A stretch of DNA of 64,000 nucleotides from Bacteroidales bacterium (GCA_017549765.1 JAFYNM010000029.1:93720-157719), one strand, 5' to 3'. Shown: positions 8,110 through 17,526, numbered from the stretch's first letter. The notes: a model not told the origin generated them from the sequence alone. Numbers and translations: made by a program.

Positions 8110-9120
8110 ATGAAAGAACAGACGAAACATCAATTCTGGATGCCTCTTATCGCTATATTGCTGCTGTTGGCAGCGATAGGGGCTGCTTTTATCGGAGTGG
8201 TGCACATCCCTGCCAAGAGTGTGATGATCTGCATTATGCAGAAGTTCGGCTGTTTCCGCGATGTGACGATGCCGGACTTCTACGCGCTGACGTTATGGCA
8301 GCTGCGCATCCCCCGCATCGTGATGAGCTTGTTGGCAGGCGCCTCGCTGGCCATCTGCGGCGGCGTCTTCCAGAGTATCTTCCGAAACCCCATCTGCGAT
8401 CCCTATATACTGGGTATCTCGTCGGGTGCCTCCCTGGGAGCAGCTGTGGCCATCATCATCGGCTGGGACACCTTCCTCTTCGGCATCACGGCCTTGGCTT
8501 TGGTGACGGCCTTGCTTACTTTGCTCTTCATCGTCGGCATCGCCAAGATCAAGGGCGGTCATGCTACCCAGACGCTCTTGCTGACGGGTATCGCCCTCAA
8601 TTTCTTCATGTCGGCGGTCATCACGCTGCTGATAGTGGTCAACCAACAGGAGATGCATAAGATCTACTTCTGGACGATGGGCAGCCTGTCGTCTGTCTCC
8701 TGGCCTGAAATTGCCATCCTATGTCCTATCATGCTGCTCACGGTAGGACTTCTGTTCTATTATGCCAAAGACCTCAATATCTTGCAGATGGGAGGCGAGG
8801 CGGCACAGACACTTGGCGTCAACACCCGCCGGACTGTCATCATCACTTTGGTGGCCTCTTCGGTGCTGGTGTCCGTAATTGTCTCCTTCTGTGGTGTCAT
8901 TGGATTTATCGGCCTGATAGTGCCGCATATCGCCCGCCTGATGTTCGGAAGCAACAACCGACGGTTGTTCGTCTATTCGTTGCTTCTGGGGGCTTTCTTC
9001 CTGCTGATAGCCGACACGCTGGCACGCACTATTGCGGCGCCCGCAGAATTGCCGGTGGGTAGCATCACCGCACTGGCCGGTGCGCCCTATTTCGTCTATC
9101 TTGTCTTGAGAAAAGCGTGA
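8110..9120 (+). CDS. FecCD-family ABC transporter permease (iron-siderophore/heme/B12 type)
   Basis: The track ORF starts at TTG 8083; the first ATG is 8110 (alternative 8140). It is a multi-pass hydrophobic protein. The C-terminal LPVGSITALAGAPYFVYLV is typical of FecCD/BtuC permeases. Confidence 0.85.
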   Translation: MKEQTKHQFWMPLIAILLLLAAIGAAFIGVVHIPAKSVMICIMQKFGCFRDVTMPDFYALTLWQLRIPRIVMSLLAGASLAICGGVFQSIFRNPICDPYILGISSGASLGAAVAIIIGWDTFLFGITALALVTALLTLLFIVGIAKIKGGHATQTLLLTGIALNFFMSAVITLLIVVNQQEMHKIYFWTMGSLSSVSWPEIAILCPIMLLTVGLLFYYAKDLNILQMGGEAAQTLGVNTRRTVIITLVASSVLVSVIVSFCGVIGFIGLIVPHIARLMFGSNNRRLFVYSLLLGAFFLLIADTLARTIAAPAELPVGSITALAGAPYFVYLVLRKA

Positions 9121-9122
9121 GA

Positions 9123-9956
9123 CTATTGGATGATAACACCCTTGCTTAGGGCCTCGTCATACAGCTTGTTCACATAGTCGTCTAAAAATTCCTGCCGCCG
9201 CTGGTTTAACAGCATCATGCGCACGGCCGCCTGCTCCTCCTCCGTCTCACTCACCGAACGCTGGTTCTTGTAGTTTAAAATCACCAGCAGATAGTGATTG
9301 CCGCCCACCTCCTTCTCAATGGTCGGGTGCGACTTGACCTTGTCAGGCTCGATATTGACGGACACCTCTCGTTGTATGTCTTCCAGATACAACCACTGGT
9401 CGTCATCAAGCATGTACTCAATCGAGTCGCCCAACATAGCCACCAGCGTGTCCTTGTCGTGAATACGACGGCTGGGGTCGAAAAGGATGGAACGGACTTG
9501 TGACAATAGGGGAGAGCCTTTCGACAACTTCACATAGTTCAACTGAATGATGGGCTTTTTCACCGCATAGCTGTTGTCGTAGCGTTTGTTGAAATCAGCC
9601 ATCTCCTGTTTCAGCTGTTCTTCATCCAGCGGCATGTCTTCCGTTATCTTGTCATACAATGCGTTGATGAGTAAGTTGTTACGGTACTCGTCAATCTGCT
9701 TGTCGAAGTTTTTCTCTTGAGCACTCAGCAACTGTTCCGCCTCGTGGAGAAGCAACTGCTCCCGCACCCACTGGTTGATGTAGTCATTGACCAAGGTCAT
9801 GCTGTCTTCCGGAGACAGTCCGGAGGGCATGTTCTTGCGGATCTCTGATTCGTAGAGTTTGTGGTAATAGACTTCCGCCACCAGCTTGTCTTTGGGTCGG
9901 TGACAAGCGGCAAACAGCATGAGGGCTGAGAGGGCGATGGCGGCGACTCGTCTCAT
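9123..9956 (-). CDS. SurA-N-terminal-like periplasmic chaperone lipoprotein (no parvulin motif seen)
   Basis: 277 aa. Lipoprotein signal MRRVAAIALSALMLFAAC. It lies 3 nt downstream of the parvulin gene and has a helical, charged composition like SurA chaperone modules. Confidence 0.55.
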   Translation of the reverse strand: MRRVAAIALSALMLFAACHRPKDKLVAEVYYHKLYESEIRKNMPSGLSPEDSMTLVNDYINQWVREQLLLHEAEQLLSAQEKNFDKQIDEYRNNLLINALYDKITEDMPLDEEQLKQEMADFNKRYDNSYAVKKPIIQLNYVKLSKGSPLLSQVRSILFDPSRRIHDKDTLVAMLGDSIEYMLDDDQWLYLEDIQREVSVNIEPDKVKSHPTIEKEVGGNHYLLVILNYKNQRSVSETEEEQAAVRMMLLNQRRQEFLDDYVNKLYDEALSKGVIIQ

Positions 9957-9959
9957 AGG

Positions 9960-11702
9960 TTAGCGCTTGAGAATGGTGGAGAAGACCTTCTCATCCACCG
10001 TGACGGGATATTTGGCACGCAGCTCTTTCACCCATTGTTGCTCCAGAAAATCCTGATAGCGGGTGATGACGATAGCGCGGATCTCACTCATCGGTTTGTA
10101 AGGAGCCTCGGCTTCAGGGTCGTTGTTCGGGAAATTGGTCTTGATCTGCTCATAGAAATTCTCCAGTCCTACACTGTCTTGGATGGCGGCACCCCATACT
10201 TTCTGGGTGTTGATCTCGTACAAGAGGATGCCGTCGTGGAACTCTTGGACCAAGTCGCGGAATTCAGGATATTTCTCTTTCAGATGCTGTCTCTCGTAGA
10301 GGAGAATGTTCTCGCTGACAAAGTTCGGATATACCTGATTTAAGAATTCGGCCACTGTGCCGTTGATCTTGACACCTTGATAACGGGAGACGTATTTGGC
10401 AAAATCTTGCACCATGACTTTCTGGTCGGCGAAGGTGAAGATGGGTTTCAGTTTGTCGATGCCTTTGAGGGACATGATGGTGTTGTCGCTAGACTGGAAA
10501 TCGTTGGCATCGAGGTTCTTGTCGAGGAACTTGATGGCCTTGGCCTTGCCGCTCTCATCGTAGTTATACTCTTTTTTCAGACGTTCCACCAGAGCCTCTT
10601 TGCTCTTCAGGGCGCGGCTGTCGCGGGAGAGACGTTGCTTGAGCATATAACGGCTCTCCTCGTTGATGGTGACTCTGGAGATGGAGTCGCAGCGAAGGAA
10701 GTGCCAGCCTAAGCTGGTTGGCACGGCGGCGGTCATCATGCCCGGACGAGCGTAGATGGCGGCAGAGACGTAGTTGCCAGGTCTGCGGCTAGGACCAAAA
10801 GGCTCCATGCGGCCGCCCTTGTCTTTGGTGGCCTTGTCGTCAGAATAGAGCTTTGCCAAGGTGTCGAAGGGGACTCCTTGGTGATAAGCACCCTGGATCT
10901 CGTTCAGACGTGCCATGATCTCCGGCTTGACGGTGCCGCTCATGGCGGTGGAATCGGCCACGAAGATCTGGGAGACCCAAATCTTGCCGATGGCGGGTAT
11001 CTTGTCCTGCACATACACGATGTGATAGCCGAACTGGGTGCGGAAAGGCATGGAGACACTGCCCACCGGAGTGTTGTATGCAGCACACTCAAAAGGATAG
11101 ATCATCTCGAAGATGGAGAAATAGCCCAGCTCACCTCTGTTACCGTAATGATGGGAGTTGTTCTGTGGATTCACATACTCGCGTGCCGACTCGTCTTCGG
11201 AATAGAGGGCGGCAGCCTCGTTGAAGTCGAGACCGTTCATGATCAGGTCACGGATGCCGAGAATCTTCTGGTAGGCTGCCAACGTGTCTTTGGGAGAAGC
11301 GGCGGCGTTGCAGCGCACCAAGATGTGGGAGGCGCGCACCTGAGTCTTGGAGCGTTCGTAAGCCTCTTCGACCAACTCTTCACTCACCTGACTGTCCACC
11401 AAATAGGGTTGGGCAGACTGTGTCTCATAGGAGCCTAACTCAGCAATGAAACTGGCACTGGTGTCCAACTTCATCGCCTCTGCTTCCTGCACTTTCAGCC
11501 GGTAGTTGATGAAGAGCTCGCGGTACTCCCGCAAGTCGTTTTCGGTGGCTTCACTCAACAGGTTGTTCTTTTGGTAGGCTTTGACAAAGTCGCTGACCGT
11601 GACGGTTTCCTTGCCGATGGTCATCAAAACTCGGTTGTCCTCTTGGGCATACATGGCCAGACATCCGAAGCACAAGGCGAATAATAGAGCAAATCGTTTC
11701 AT
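9960..11702 (-). CDS. Peptidyl-prolyl cis-trans isomerase, parvulin/SurA-like
   Basis: 580 aa with signal peptide MKRFALLFALCFGCLAMYAQ. Parvulin motifs: VRASHILV ... RGELGYF ... FGYHIVYVQDK. A second, degenerate parvulin-like stretch follows (GWHFLRC). Confidence 0.85.
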   Translation of the reverse strand: MKRFALLFALCFGCLAMYAQEDNRVLMTIGKETVTVSDFVKAYQKNNLLSEATENDLREYRELFINYRLKVQEAEAMKLDTSASFIAELGSYETQSAQPYLVDSQVSEELVEEAYERSKTQVRASHILVRCNAAASPKDTLAAYQKILGIRDLIMNGLDFNEAAALYSEDESAREYVNPQNNSHHYGNRGELGYFSIFEMIYPFECAAYNTPVGSVSMPFRTQFGYHIVYVQDKIPAIGKIWVSQIFVADSTAMSGTVKPEIMARLNEIQGAYHQGVPFDTLAKLYSDDKATKDKGGRMEPFGPSRRPGNYVSAAIYARPGMMTAAVPTSLGWHFLRCDSISRVTINEESRYMLKQRLSRDSRALKSKEALVERLKKEYNYDESGKAKAIKFLDKNLDANDFQSSDNTIMSLKGIDKLKPIFTFADQKVMVQDFAKYVSRYQGVKINGTVAEFLNQVYPNFVSENILLYERQHLKEKYPEFRDLVQEFHDGILLYEINTQKVWGAAIQDSVGLENFYEQIKTNFPNNDPEAEAPYKPMSEIRAIVITRYQDFLEQQWVKELRAKYPVTVDEKVFSTILKR

Positions 11703-11769
11703 TGTTTTTATTGTAATTTTTTATAAATCAATTTTATAAGTGCTAAAATCCCATTTACGAATGAGAGAG

Positions 11770-11777
11770 CAAAGATA
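11770..11777 (-). promoter_or_regulatory. -7 box TATCTTTG
   Basis: Reverse complement of caaagata; 67 nt upstream of ATG 11702. Confidence 0.4.
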
Positions 11778-11855
11778 TAAAAAACTTTTATGATTTAGGA
11801 GGGGATTTTTTGATGCTATCTATTTTGTTACATTAGCCAATTGTCAATTCTGCAG

Positions 11856-11894
11856 AAAAAAAAACAGCGGCAATATATTGTCGCTGTTTTTTTT
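11856..11894 (-). terminator. Rho-independent terminator downstream of tRNA-His (symmetric, A9/T8 flanks)
   Basis: Stem cagcggcaa (11865-11873) pairs with ttgtcgctg (11878-11886): 9 bp including one G-T, loop tata. On the minus strand the hairpin is followed by T9. Confidence 0.8.
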
Positions 11895-11895
11895 C

Positions 11896-11972
11896 TGGGC
11901 GGCAGGTCGGATTCGAACCGACGACCCACGGAACCACAATCCGGTACTCTAACCAACTGAGCTACAACCGCC
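11896..11972 (-). tRNA. tRNA-His (anticodon GTG)
   Basis: Reverse complement: G-GCGGTTG-TA-GCTC-AGTTGGTTA-GAGT-A-CCGGA-TTGTGGT-TCCGT-GGGTC-GTCGG-TTCGAAT-CCGAC-CTGCCGC-C. It folds as a cloverleaf with anticodon loop TT-GTG-GT. The His-specific extra G(-1) is encoded opposite C73. There is one U-U mismatch in the acceptor stem. The 3' sequence after C73 is CAG, so a full CCA is not clearly encoded. Confidence 0.9.
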
Positions 11973-11997
11973 ATGTTGTGTCACCAAAAAGGACGCG

Positions 11998-12005
11998 CAA
12001 AAATA
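11998..12005 (-). promoter_or_regulatory. -7 box TATTTTTG for tRNA-His
   Basis: Exact consensus match, 25 nt upstream of the tRNA 5' end. Confidence 0.5.
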
Positions 12006-12096
12006 CACTTTTTTTCTTTCCCTACAACCGCCCGCTGAAATTTATTTTCCAGGGGTCTATCTATTTGTCAATGAGTAGGTAAAGCCCGTTGTCGGG

Positions 12097-12795
12097 TTAT
12101 TCTTGACTCTTCTTCATTGCGGCGATGGAGAGGAAGAGTCCCAGAATGACACCGCAGAATGCCGCAAAGAGCACTTGGAAGTCTTTGGGCAGACAGAAGG
12201 TCAAGGTGTGCGCCGGAATCCAGAACAAGGGGATGGTCTTCTTGAAGACGAAGCCCCATTGTACGTTCCAGTCTATCTGCGACAGATATTTCCGCATGGG
12301 CATTGCTTTCAGCAGACAGGAGGTCTGCCCGTGATGCTCTGCAATATGGATGTCGCACACTTTGTGCAAGGTCATGAAGACCGGCGCAAAGGAGGTGTTC
12401 ATCATCAAGCTGATACAGAACGCTCCCAACAACTTCATGCCGGTGAACTCCCCAGTCATGGCGGCGGGCATGGAGGCAAATGGCGCATAACGGGACAGGA
12501 AACCCGGGACGCCTTGGCAGAAGACATTCATCGCCAACGCTATCCAAATGCCTAAGAAACCCCATACGAGGAATTTTGCCAAGAGACCGAACTCTTTGGG
12601 CAGATAGGTGCCGTTCTTGATGCGGGAGCCCAACATCTCGCCGAAGGTGGCTAAGATGCCGAATTTCAAAAAGGCCATGCACAAAGGAACATGTTTGTTT
12701 CCAGCTAAATAGGCCTCATATACGGATGGAAAGATGAAGAACGGCAATAAGCAAAGAATGATTATTGCGATAACAAGAAAGTCAACTTTTTTCAT
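12097..12795 (-). CDS. Multi-pass integral membrane protein (possibly Mpv17/PMP22-like)
   Basis: 232 aa with several hydrophobic spans. The C-terminal FWIPAHTLTFCLPKDFQVLFAAFCGVILGLFLS loosely resembles the Mpv17/PMP22 W-P...F..P...LS pattern. It lies 40 nt downstream of cysS. The overlapping 204-aa ORF 12068..12682 is rejected. Confidence 0.6.
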   Translation of the reverse strand: MKKVDFLVIAIIILCLLPFFIFPSVYEAYLAGNKHVPLCMAFLKFGILATFGEMLGSRIKNGTYLPKEFGLLAKFLVWGFLGIWIALAMNVFCQGVPGFLSRYAPFASMPAAMTGEFTGMKLLGAFCISLMMNTSFAPVFMTLHKVCDIHIAEHHGQTSCLLKAMPMRKYLSQIDWNVQWGFVFKKTIPLFWIPAHTLTFCLPKDFQVLFAAFCGVILGLFLSIAAMKKSQE

Positions 12796-12835
12796 GTTCT
12801 AGGTTGATTGGTAGATAGTTTAGCAAAAAAGGTGG

Positions 12836-14326
12836 TTAGGATAGGCTCCACTCGGCGCCATCTTTGGTGTCTTTGACGATGATGCCGGCGGCGTTGAGCT
12901 CGTCACGGATCTTGTCCGACAGCGCCCAGTTCTTCTCGGCTTTGGCGGTCTTGCGCATCTCCAGCACCAGCGCCATGGCTTTCTCCAGTGCGTCGTGCTC
13001 GCGGGTGTCGCCCTGCGCCAACTCGGGCTTGATGCCCAAGATGTCAAAGAAGAAGGTGCGGAAGGTGGTCTTCAACAGCTCTATGTCTTCAGCGGTGAGG
13101 GTGGCGTGGCCATCCTTGACGGCGTTGATGATACGGGTGGCATCAAAGAGCTCCGCGATGACCTTCGGGGTGTTGAAGTCGTCGTTCATGGCCTCATAGC
13201 AACGCTCCTGAAGCGCGGCGATGTTCTCGGTGGAAGTGTTGCCAGCCTTGAGACTGTCGAGATGACGCTCGGCGGCGTAGAGCTTCTCCAAACCCTTCTC
13301 GGCCGACTGCAACGCGGCGTTGCTGAAATCTACGGTGCCGCGATAGGAGGCTTGCAAGACGAAAAAGCGGATGGTCATGGGGGAGTAGGCCTTCTCCAGC
13401 TTGGGATGGTTGCCTGTGAAGAACTCGTTGAGTGTGATGAAGTTGCCCAACGACTTGCCCATCTTTTGTCCCTCGATGGTGATCATATTGTTATGCATCC
13501 AGTATTTGACAGAGCTTTTGCCGTTGGCCACCGTGCTCTGGCATACCTCCGACTCATGATGCGGGAAGAGCAGGTCCATGCCGCCGCCGTGAATGTCGAA
13601 TTGCTCGCCCAAGTACTTGGTGCTCATGGCGGTACACTCGATGTGCCAGCCCGGGAAGCCAACGCTCCACGGGGAGTTCCAGCGCATGATGTGTTCCGGA
13701 GCAGCCTTCTTCCACAAGGCGAAGTCGGCGGGGTTGTGCTTCTCGCTCTGGCCGTCTAATTCGCGGGTGTTGGCGATCAACTCGGACAGCACACGGCCGG
13801 AGAGCTTGCCATAGCCGAAGTCGCGGTCGAACTTCTCCACGTCGAAATAGACGGAACCCTCTGACACGTAGGCATAACCTTTGTCCAGGATTCGCTGCAC
13901 CATCTCAATCTGCTCGATGATGTGGCCGGAGGCGCGAGGCTCGATGGAGGGACCCTTCACGTTGAGGGCATCCATGGCCTTGTGGTAGCTGTCCATGTAA
14001 TATTGTGCCACCTCCATAGGCTCAAGCTGTTCCAGACGGGCCTTCTTGGCGATCTTATCCTCGCCTTCGTCGGCATCGTGCTCCAAGTGGCCCACATCGG
14101 TGATGTTGCGCACATAACGGACCTTGTAGCCGATGTGCGTCAAGTAGCGGAACACCACGTCGAAGGTCACCGCTGGACGGGCGTGGCCGAGATGGGGCTC
14201 GCCATAGACCGTCGGACCGCAGACATACAGTCCCACATGGTCGGGAACGATGGGGGTCAGCAACTCTTTTCTTTTTGATAATGTGTTGAATAATAAAACT
14301 TTGCCTTTATTGTCGGTAGGTTGCAT
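12836..14326 (-). CDS. cysS: Cysteine--tRNA ligase
   Basis: 496 aa. HIGH motif PHLGHARP; KMSKS motif KMGKSLGN; class I length. Confidence 0.95.
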   Translation of the reverse strand: MQPTDNKGKVLLFNTLSKRKELLTPIVPDHVGLYVCGPTVYGEPHLGHARPAVTFDVVFRYLTHIGYKVRYVRNITDVGHLEHDADEGEDKIAKKARLEQLEPMEVAQYYMDSYHKAMDALNVKGPSIEPRASGHIIEQIEMVQRILDKGYAYVSEGSVYFDVEKFDRDFGYGKLSGRVLSELIANTRELDGQSEKHNPADFALWKKAAPEHIMRWNSPWSVGFPGWHIECTAMSTKYLGEQFDIHGGGMDLLFPHHESEVCQSTVANGKSSVKYWMHNNMITIEGQKMGKSLGNFITLNEFFTGNHPKLEKAYSPMTIRFFVLQASYRGTVDFSNAALQSAEKGLEKLYAAERHLDSLKAGNTSTENIAALQERCYEAMNDDFNTPKVIAELFDATRIINAVKDGHATLTAEDIELLKTTFRTFFFDILGIKPELAQGDTREHDALEKAMALVLEMRKTAKAEKNWALSDKIRDELNAAGIIVKDTKDGAEWSLS

Positions 14327-14360
14327 ATGAATGGGGTTGGTAAAAAATTCGGGTTGATAA

Positions 14361-14714
14361 TTATTGTTCCTCCATTTCGGAGAGGTATTGTTCTATTTGG
14401 CGTCTGAGAGGAGGGAGGTCATTGATTACAACATCTAACATTCTGTCTGGAAGAATCTGATAATAATCGTGAACTAGTACATGACGCATACCTTCTATAT
14501 TTTCCCAAACTGTTTGTGGATGCGCATCTTTGAAACTTGTGGATAACTTATAAACAGCTTCCCCGATGATTTCTATACTCTTGACAACACCATAATATAC
14601 TAATGCATCTTGAAACAAGTTGTCCAAATCCAATGCCGGCACCCTGTTTTGGATGCGGTCAATTGCTTCGAGGATATGAATAAGTCGTTCTTTGTCCCTA
14701 ATTGGCTCTCTCAT
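14361..14714 (-). CDS. hepT: HepT-like (DUF86/HEPN) ribonuclease toxin
   Basis: 117 aa. The HEPN Rx4HxY motif is present as RHVLVHDY. It overlaps the upstream MNT gene by 17 nt. Confidence 0.85.
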   Translation of the reverse strand: MREPIRDKERLIHILEAIDRIQNRVPALDLDNLFQDALVYYGVVKSIEIIGEAVYKLSTSFKDAHPQTVWENIEGMRHVLVHDYYQILPDRMLDVVINDLPPLRRQIEQYLSEMEEQ

Positions 14715-15000
14715 AAATCAAAATTTTATCATTATCAGCACTCTTAACCGCAAACGGTAAAAGAGTACCTTCTTCAACGAGGTCAACCTCTCTATTGAGC
14801 ATTTTTTTCAATGCAACGTACATGCTCGCGATTTTCATTAACCCAACAGTACTGTCAGTATCATCATATTTTACTAAAATATCCACATCGCTGTCCTCGG
14901 TCTCCTCGCCGCGGGCGAACGAGCCGAACAGCCACGCCTTCAACACCGGCTGGGTTTTGAAATATTCGCGGATGGTCTCTATCATTATTTCTGTGCTCAT
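14698..15000 (-). CDS. mntA: MNT-type nucleotidyltransferase antitoxin
   Basis: 100 aa. Minimal nucleotidyltransferase motif GSFARGEETEDSDVDILV (GS...DxD). Confidence 0.85.
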   Translation of the reverse strand: MSTEIMIETIREYFKTQPVLKAWLFGSFARGEETEDSDVDILVKYDDTDSTVGLMKIASMYVALKKMLNREVDLVEEGTLLPFAVKSADNDKILIYERAN

Positions 15001-15021
15001 ATCAAGCTGTATTTATCCGCG

Positions 15022-15029
15022 CAAAAATA
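15022..15029 (-). promoter_or_regulatory. -7 box TATTTTTG for the mntA-hepT pair
   Basis: Exact consensus match, 21 nt upstream of ATG 15000. Confidence 0.5.
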
Positions 15030-15120
15030 CTCTTTTTCCTTATACAAGCGTAGGGACGCAAAAAAAATCGCCCCAATATCGTCAATATGTTAAAAAGTCC
15101 GTTCTGGTTTCCGTTTCCAC

Positions 15121-16881
15121 CTATGCGAACAGCTTCTCGATCTGCTCCTCGTATTTTTTGAGGAGCACGTTGCGTTTGAGCTTGAGGGTGGGGGTGAGCT
15201 CGCCCGTCTGGATGGACCACTCGTAGCCTACCAAGGAGAAGCTCTTGACCTTCTCGGTGTCGCCGAAGAATTTGTTGTATTGATCCACAATCTTCTTGAA
15301 CTTCTTCAACACCTCAGGATGGTGAATCATTTCTTCGTTGGTGGTATATTCTATTTCGTGGTGATGACACCAGCTCCGGAGGTCGGTGAAGTTGGGGACA
15401 ATCAGGGCGGCGGCGAATTTTCTGTTTTCGCCCACCACGAGGATGTTGTCAATCAAAGGATCCTCAGCGAATTTGTTCTCAATAAGGGTGGGGACCACAT
15501 ATTTGCCGAAGGCGGTCTTGAACATCTCTTTCTTACGTCCGGTAATCTTGAGACGTCCGCCAGGGGTGAGCTTGCCGAGGTCGCCCGTGTGGAGCCAGCC
15601 CTCCTCGTCGATAGCATCGGCGGTCAGTTCGGGGGCGTTGTAGTAGCCTTTCATCACATGTTTGCCTTTTGTCAGGATCTCGCCGTCGTCGGCAATGCGG
15701 ACACGAGTGCCGGGGAGCACATGGCCCGCCGCGCCGAACTCCAGTCCGCCCTTGAAGAAGTCGCTGACGGCAATGACAGGCGCGGACTCTGTCGTGCCGT
15801 ATCCTTCCAAAATAGGAACGCCCATGGCCCAGAATACACGCGAGATGCGGGGTTGAATGGCCGCACCGCCGGAGACGATGACCTTGAAGTTGCCACCCAA
15901 AGCCTCGTGCCACTTGTTCAAGACCAGTTTGCGAGCCACCTTGAGTCTGCGCTGGTAGGCTTTGCTGGCGTTGAACTCATAATTCAAAGCAACATCGTTG
16001 GCCCAGAAGAAGATTTTCTTTTTAACACCAGTCAGTTTGTTGCCCTGCGCCAGGATCTTGTCGTAAACCTTCTCCAGCAGACGGGGAACGGTGGTGAAAA
16101 TGTCGGGCTTGAGCTCTTGCATGTCTTGCTGTATCTTCGCGATATTCTCCGTGTAATAGATGGGAAGTCCCAACGACTGAAAAGCATAGTTCAGCATGCG
16201 TTCATAGACATGGCAGAGCGGAAGATAGCTGAGTATTCGATTGTTCGGGGCAGTCGGGATGATGGGGAGCACGCCTCTGATGTTGGTGAGGAAGTTCTCG
16301 TGGGTGAGCATCACGCCTTTGGGATTGCCCGTGGTGCCGGAAGTGTACACCAACGAGATCACGTCATCGGGGGTGATGCTGTCCTTGATCTCCTGCAGAT
16401 ATTGGGGACTCGGGTTGGAGCGGCCCAATTCGATAAGCTCGCTCAAGTGTCTATATCCCAAAAGATTACGGAATGTGTAAACACGGTCGTTCAGTTCGGG
16501 GATATTGGAGATGATATTGGTGATCTTTCGCAGCAATTCCCAACCGGAGACGAAAATAAGCTTCACATTGGCGTGGTGCAGGATATAGTCGTAATCGCTT
16601 TCGCTGATGGTCGGATAGATGGCGACGTGGATGGCGCCGATCTGCATGATGGCCATGTCCAGGAAGTTCCATTCCGGACGGTTGGGGGTGATGGTGGCTA
16701 CACAGTCACCTTTTTTGATACCCAGTTGAAGAAATCCATAGGATAGGTTGTTCACAATCTGAACATATTGCTGGGTGCTGTACTTGATCATCACACCGTT
16801 TTCCTTGCCGCACAGGGCGTCCTCAATAGGAAATTCCTTCAGATTCCGTTCCAGAATATCAAATAGTCTTGTGATTTCCAT
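15121..16881 (-). CDS. fadD: Long-chain-fatty-acid--CoA ligase (AMP-forming)
   Basis: The track ORF starts at TTG 16911; the first ATG is 16881 (MEITRLFDILERN). AMP-binding motif YTSGTTGNPKGVMLTH. C-terminal TPTLKLKR. Confidence 0.88.
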   Translation of the reverse strand: MEITRLFDILERNLKEFPIEDALCGKENGVMIKYSTQQYVQIVNNLSYGFLQLGIKKGDCVATITPNRPEWNFLDMAIMQIGAIHVAIYPTISESDYDYILHHANVKLIFVSGWELLRKITNIISNIPELNDRVYTFRNLLGYRHLSELIELGRSNPSPQYLQEIKDSITPDDVISLVYTSGTTGNPKGVMLTHENFLTNIRGVLPIIPTAPNNRILSYLPLCHVYERMLNYAFQSLGLPIYYTENIAKIQQDMQELKPDIFTTVPRLLEKVYDKILAQGNKLTGVKKKIFFWANDVALNYEFNASKAYQRRLKVARKLVLNKWHEALGGNFKVIVSGGAAIQPRISRVFWAMGVPILEGYGTTESAPVIAVSDFFKGGLEFGAAGHVLPGTRVRIADDGEILTKGKHVMKGYYNAPELTADAIDEEGWLHTGDLGKLTPGGRLKITGRKKEMFKTAFGKYVVPTLIENKFAEDPLIDNILVVGENRKFAAALIVPNFTDLRSWCHHHEIEYTTNEEMIHHPEVLKKFKKIVDQYNKFFGDTEKVKSFSLVGYEWSIQTGELTPTLKLKRNVLLKKYEEQIEKLFA

Positions 16882-16900
16882 AATGTAAAAATAAAGCCGG

Positions 16901-16908
16901 CAAAAATA
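16901..16908 (-). promoter_or_regulatory. -7 box TATTTTTG for fadD
   Basis: Exact consensus match, 19 nt upstream of ATG 16881 and just after the sigma stop (16915). Confidence 0.5.
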
Positions 16909-16914
16909 CAATTT

Positions 16915-17526
16915 TTATATTGCATAGCGCATTTTACCCACCATGTCGGAGAGCATAGCCTTGGCCCGGAGCAATTGGATCTTGACATTCGAGAGGGAGA
17001 TATTCAAGTCTTTGGCTATCTCTTCATAGGAAAGTTCATCGTAATAACGCAGTTCGACAACCTTCCGGTATTTTTCGGGCAGGCGCTGGACGGCGGTGCG
17101 CAACATGGAGGAGCGTTGTTTGTCGATGACCTCGTCTTCAGGAGTCTTGGTATGGTTGGAGGAGGATCTGTCGATCATCTGTTCCGACGACAAACTGAAG
17201 AGGTCGTCGTCCACACATTGGGGGGAGTTGTTCTTGTGCCGGATATAGTCGATGCTGTTGTTGACCGCAATGCGATACAGCCAGGTGGAGAAGGCATATT
17301 GCGGGGAGTAGGCGTGCAGGTTGCGGAATGCCTTGCCGAAAGTCTCCTGCGTGAGATCTTCCGCATCGTCACTGTTTTTCACAATTCGCATCATCAAATA
17401 ATAGATGCTGTCTTGGTACAGGCTGACCAATTCCGCATAAGCCTTCTGATCGTTATAGTCTATCGCCTTACGCAGCAGCAGATAGTCCCTCTTGGCTTTT
17501 TCCGTGGTGTAATTGATGTTTCCCAT
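16915..17526 (-). CDS. ECF-type RNA polymerase sigma-70 factor
   Basis: 203 aa. Region 2: DAEDLTQETFGKAFRNLHAY...FSTWLYRIAVNNSIDYIR. Region 4: LSYEEIAKDLNISLSNVKIQLLRAK. Its ATG overlaps the stop of the upstream GT2 gene (TAATG). Confidence 0.9.
   Translation of the reverse strand: MGNINYTTEKAKRDYLLLRKAIDYNDQKAYAELVSLYQDSIYYLMMRIVKNSDDAEDLTQETFGKAFRNLHAYSPQYAFSTWLYRIAVNNSIDYIRHKNNSPQCVDDDLFSLSSEQMIDRSSSNHTKTPEDEVIDKQRSSMLRTAVQRLPEKYRKVVELRYYDELSYEEIAKDLNISLSNVKIQLLRAKAMLSDMVGKMRYAI

Noticed and set aside
9020-9035. Sigma-54-like element TGGCAC-N6-TTGC
   Set aside because: The spacing is one nt longer than the -24/-12 consensus. It lies inside the FecCD coding region, and no downstream gene is in the right orientation.
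11797-11836. AGGAGG followed 10 nt later by an ATG
   Set aside because: The ORF is only 7 codons (MLSILLH), and this lineage does not appear to use Shine-Dalgarno sequences, since none precede the well-supported genes here. The match is probably fortuitous.
12068-12682. 204-aa minus-strand ORF overlapping the membrane-protein gene in another frame
   Set aside because: Its composition is Arg/His/Leu-rich. The 232-aa frame (12097..12795) gives coherent transmembrane segments and a sensible ATG.
15280-16746. 488-aa plus-strand ORF
   Set aside because: It is antisense to fadD, whose AMP-binding motifs are clear. The translation is repetitive (G/V/D/L/H-rich) with no motif. Long antisense ORFs of this kind are expected from the codon bias of GC-rich genes.
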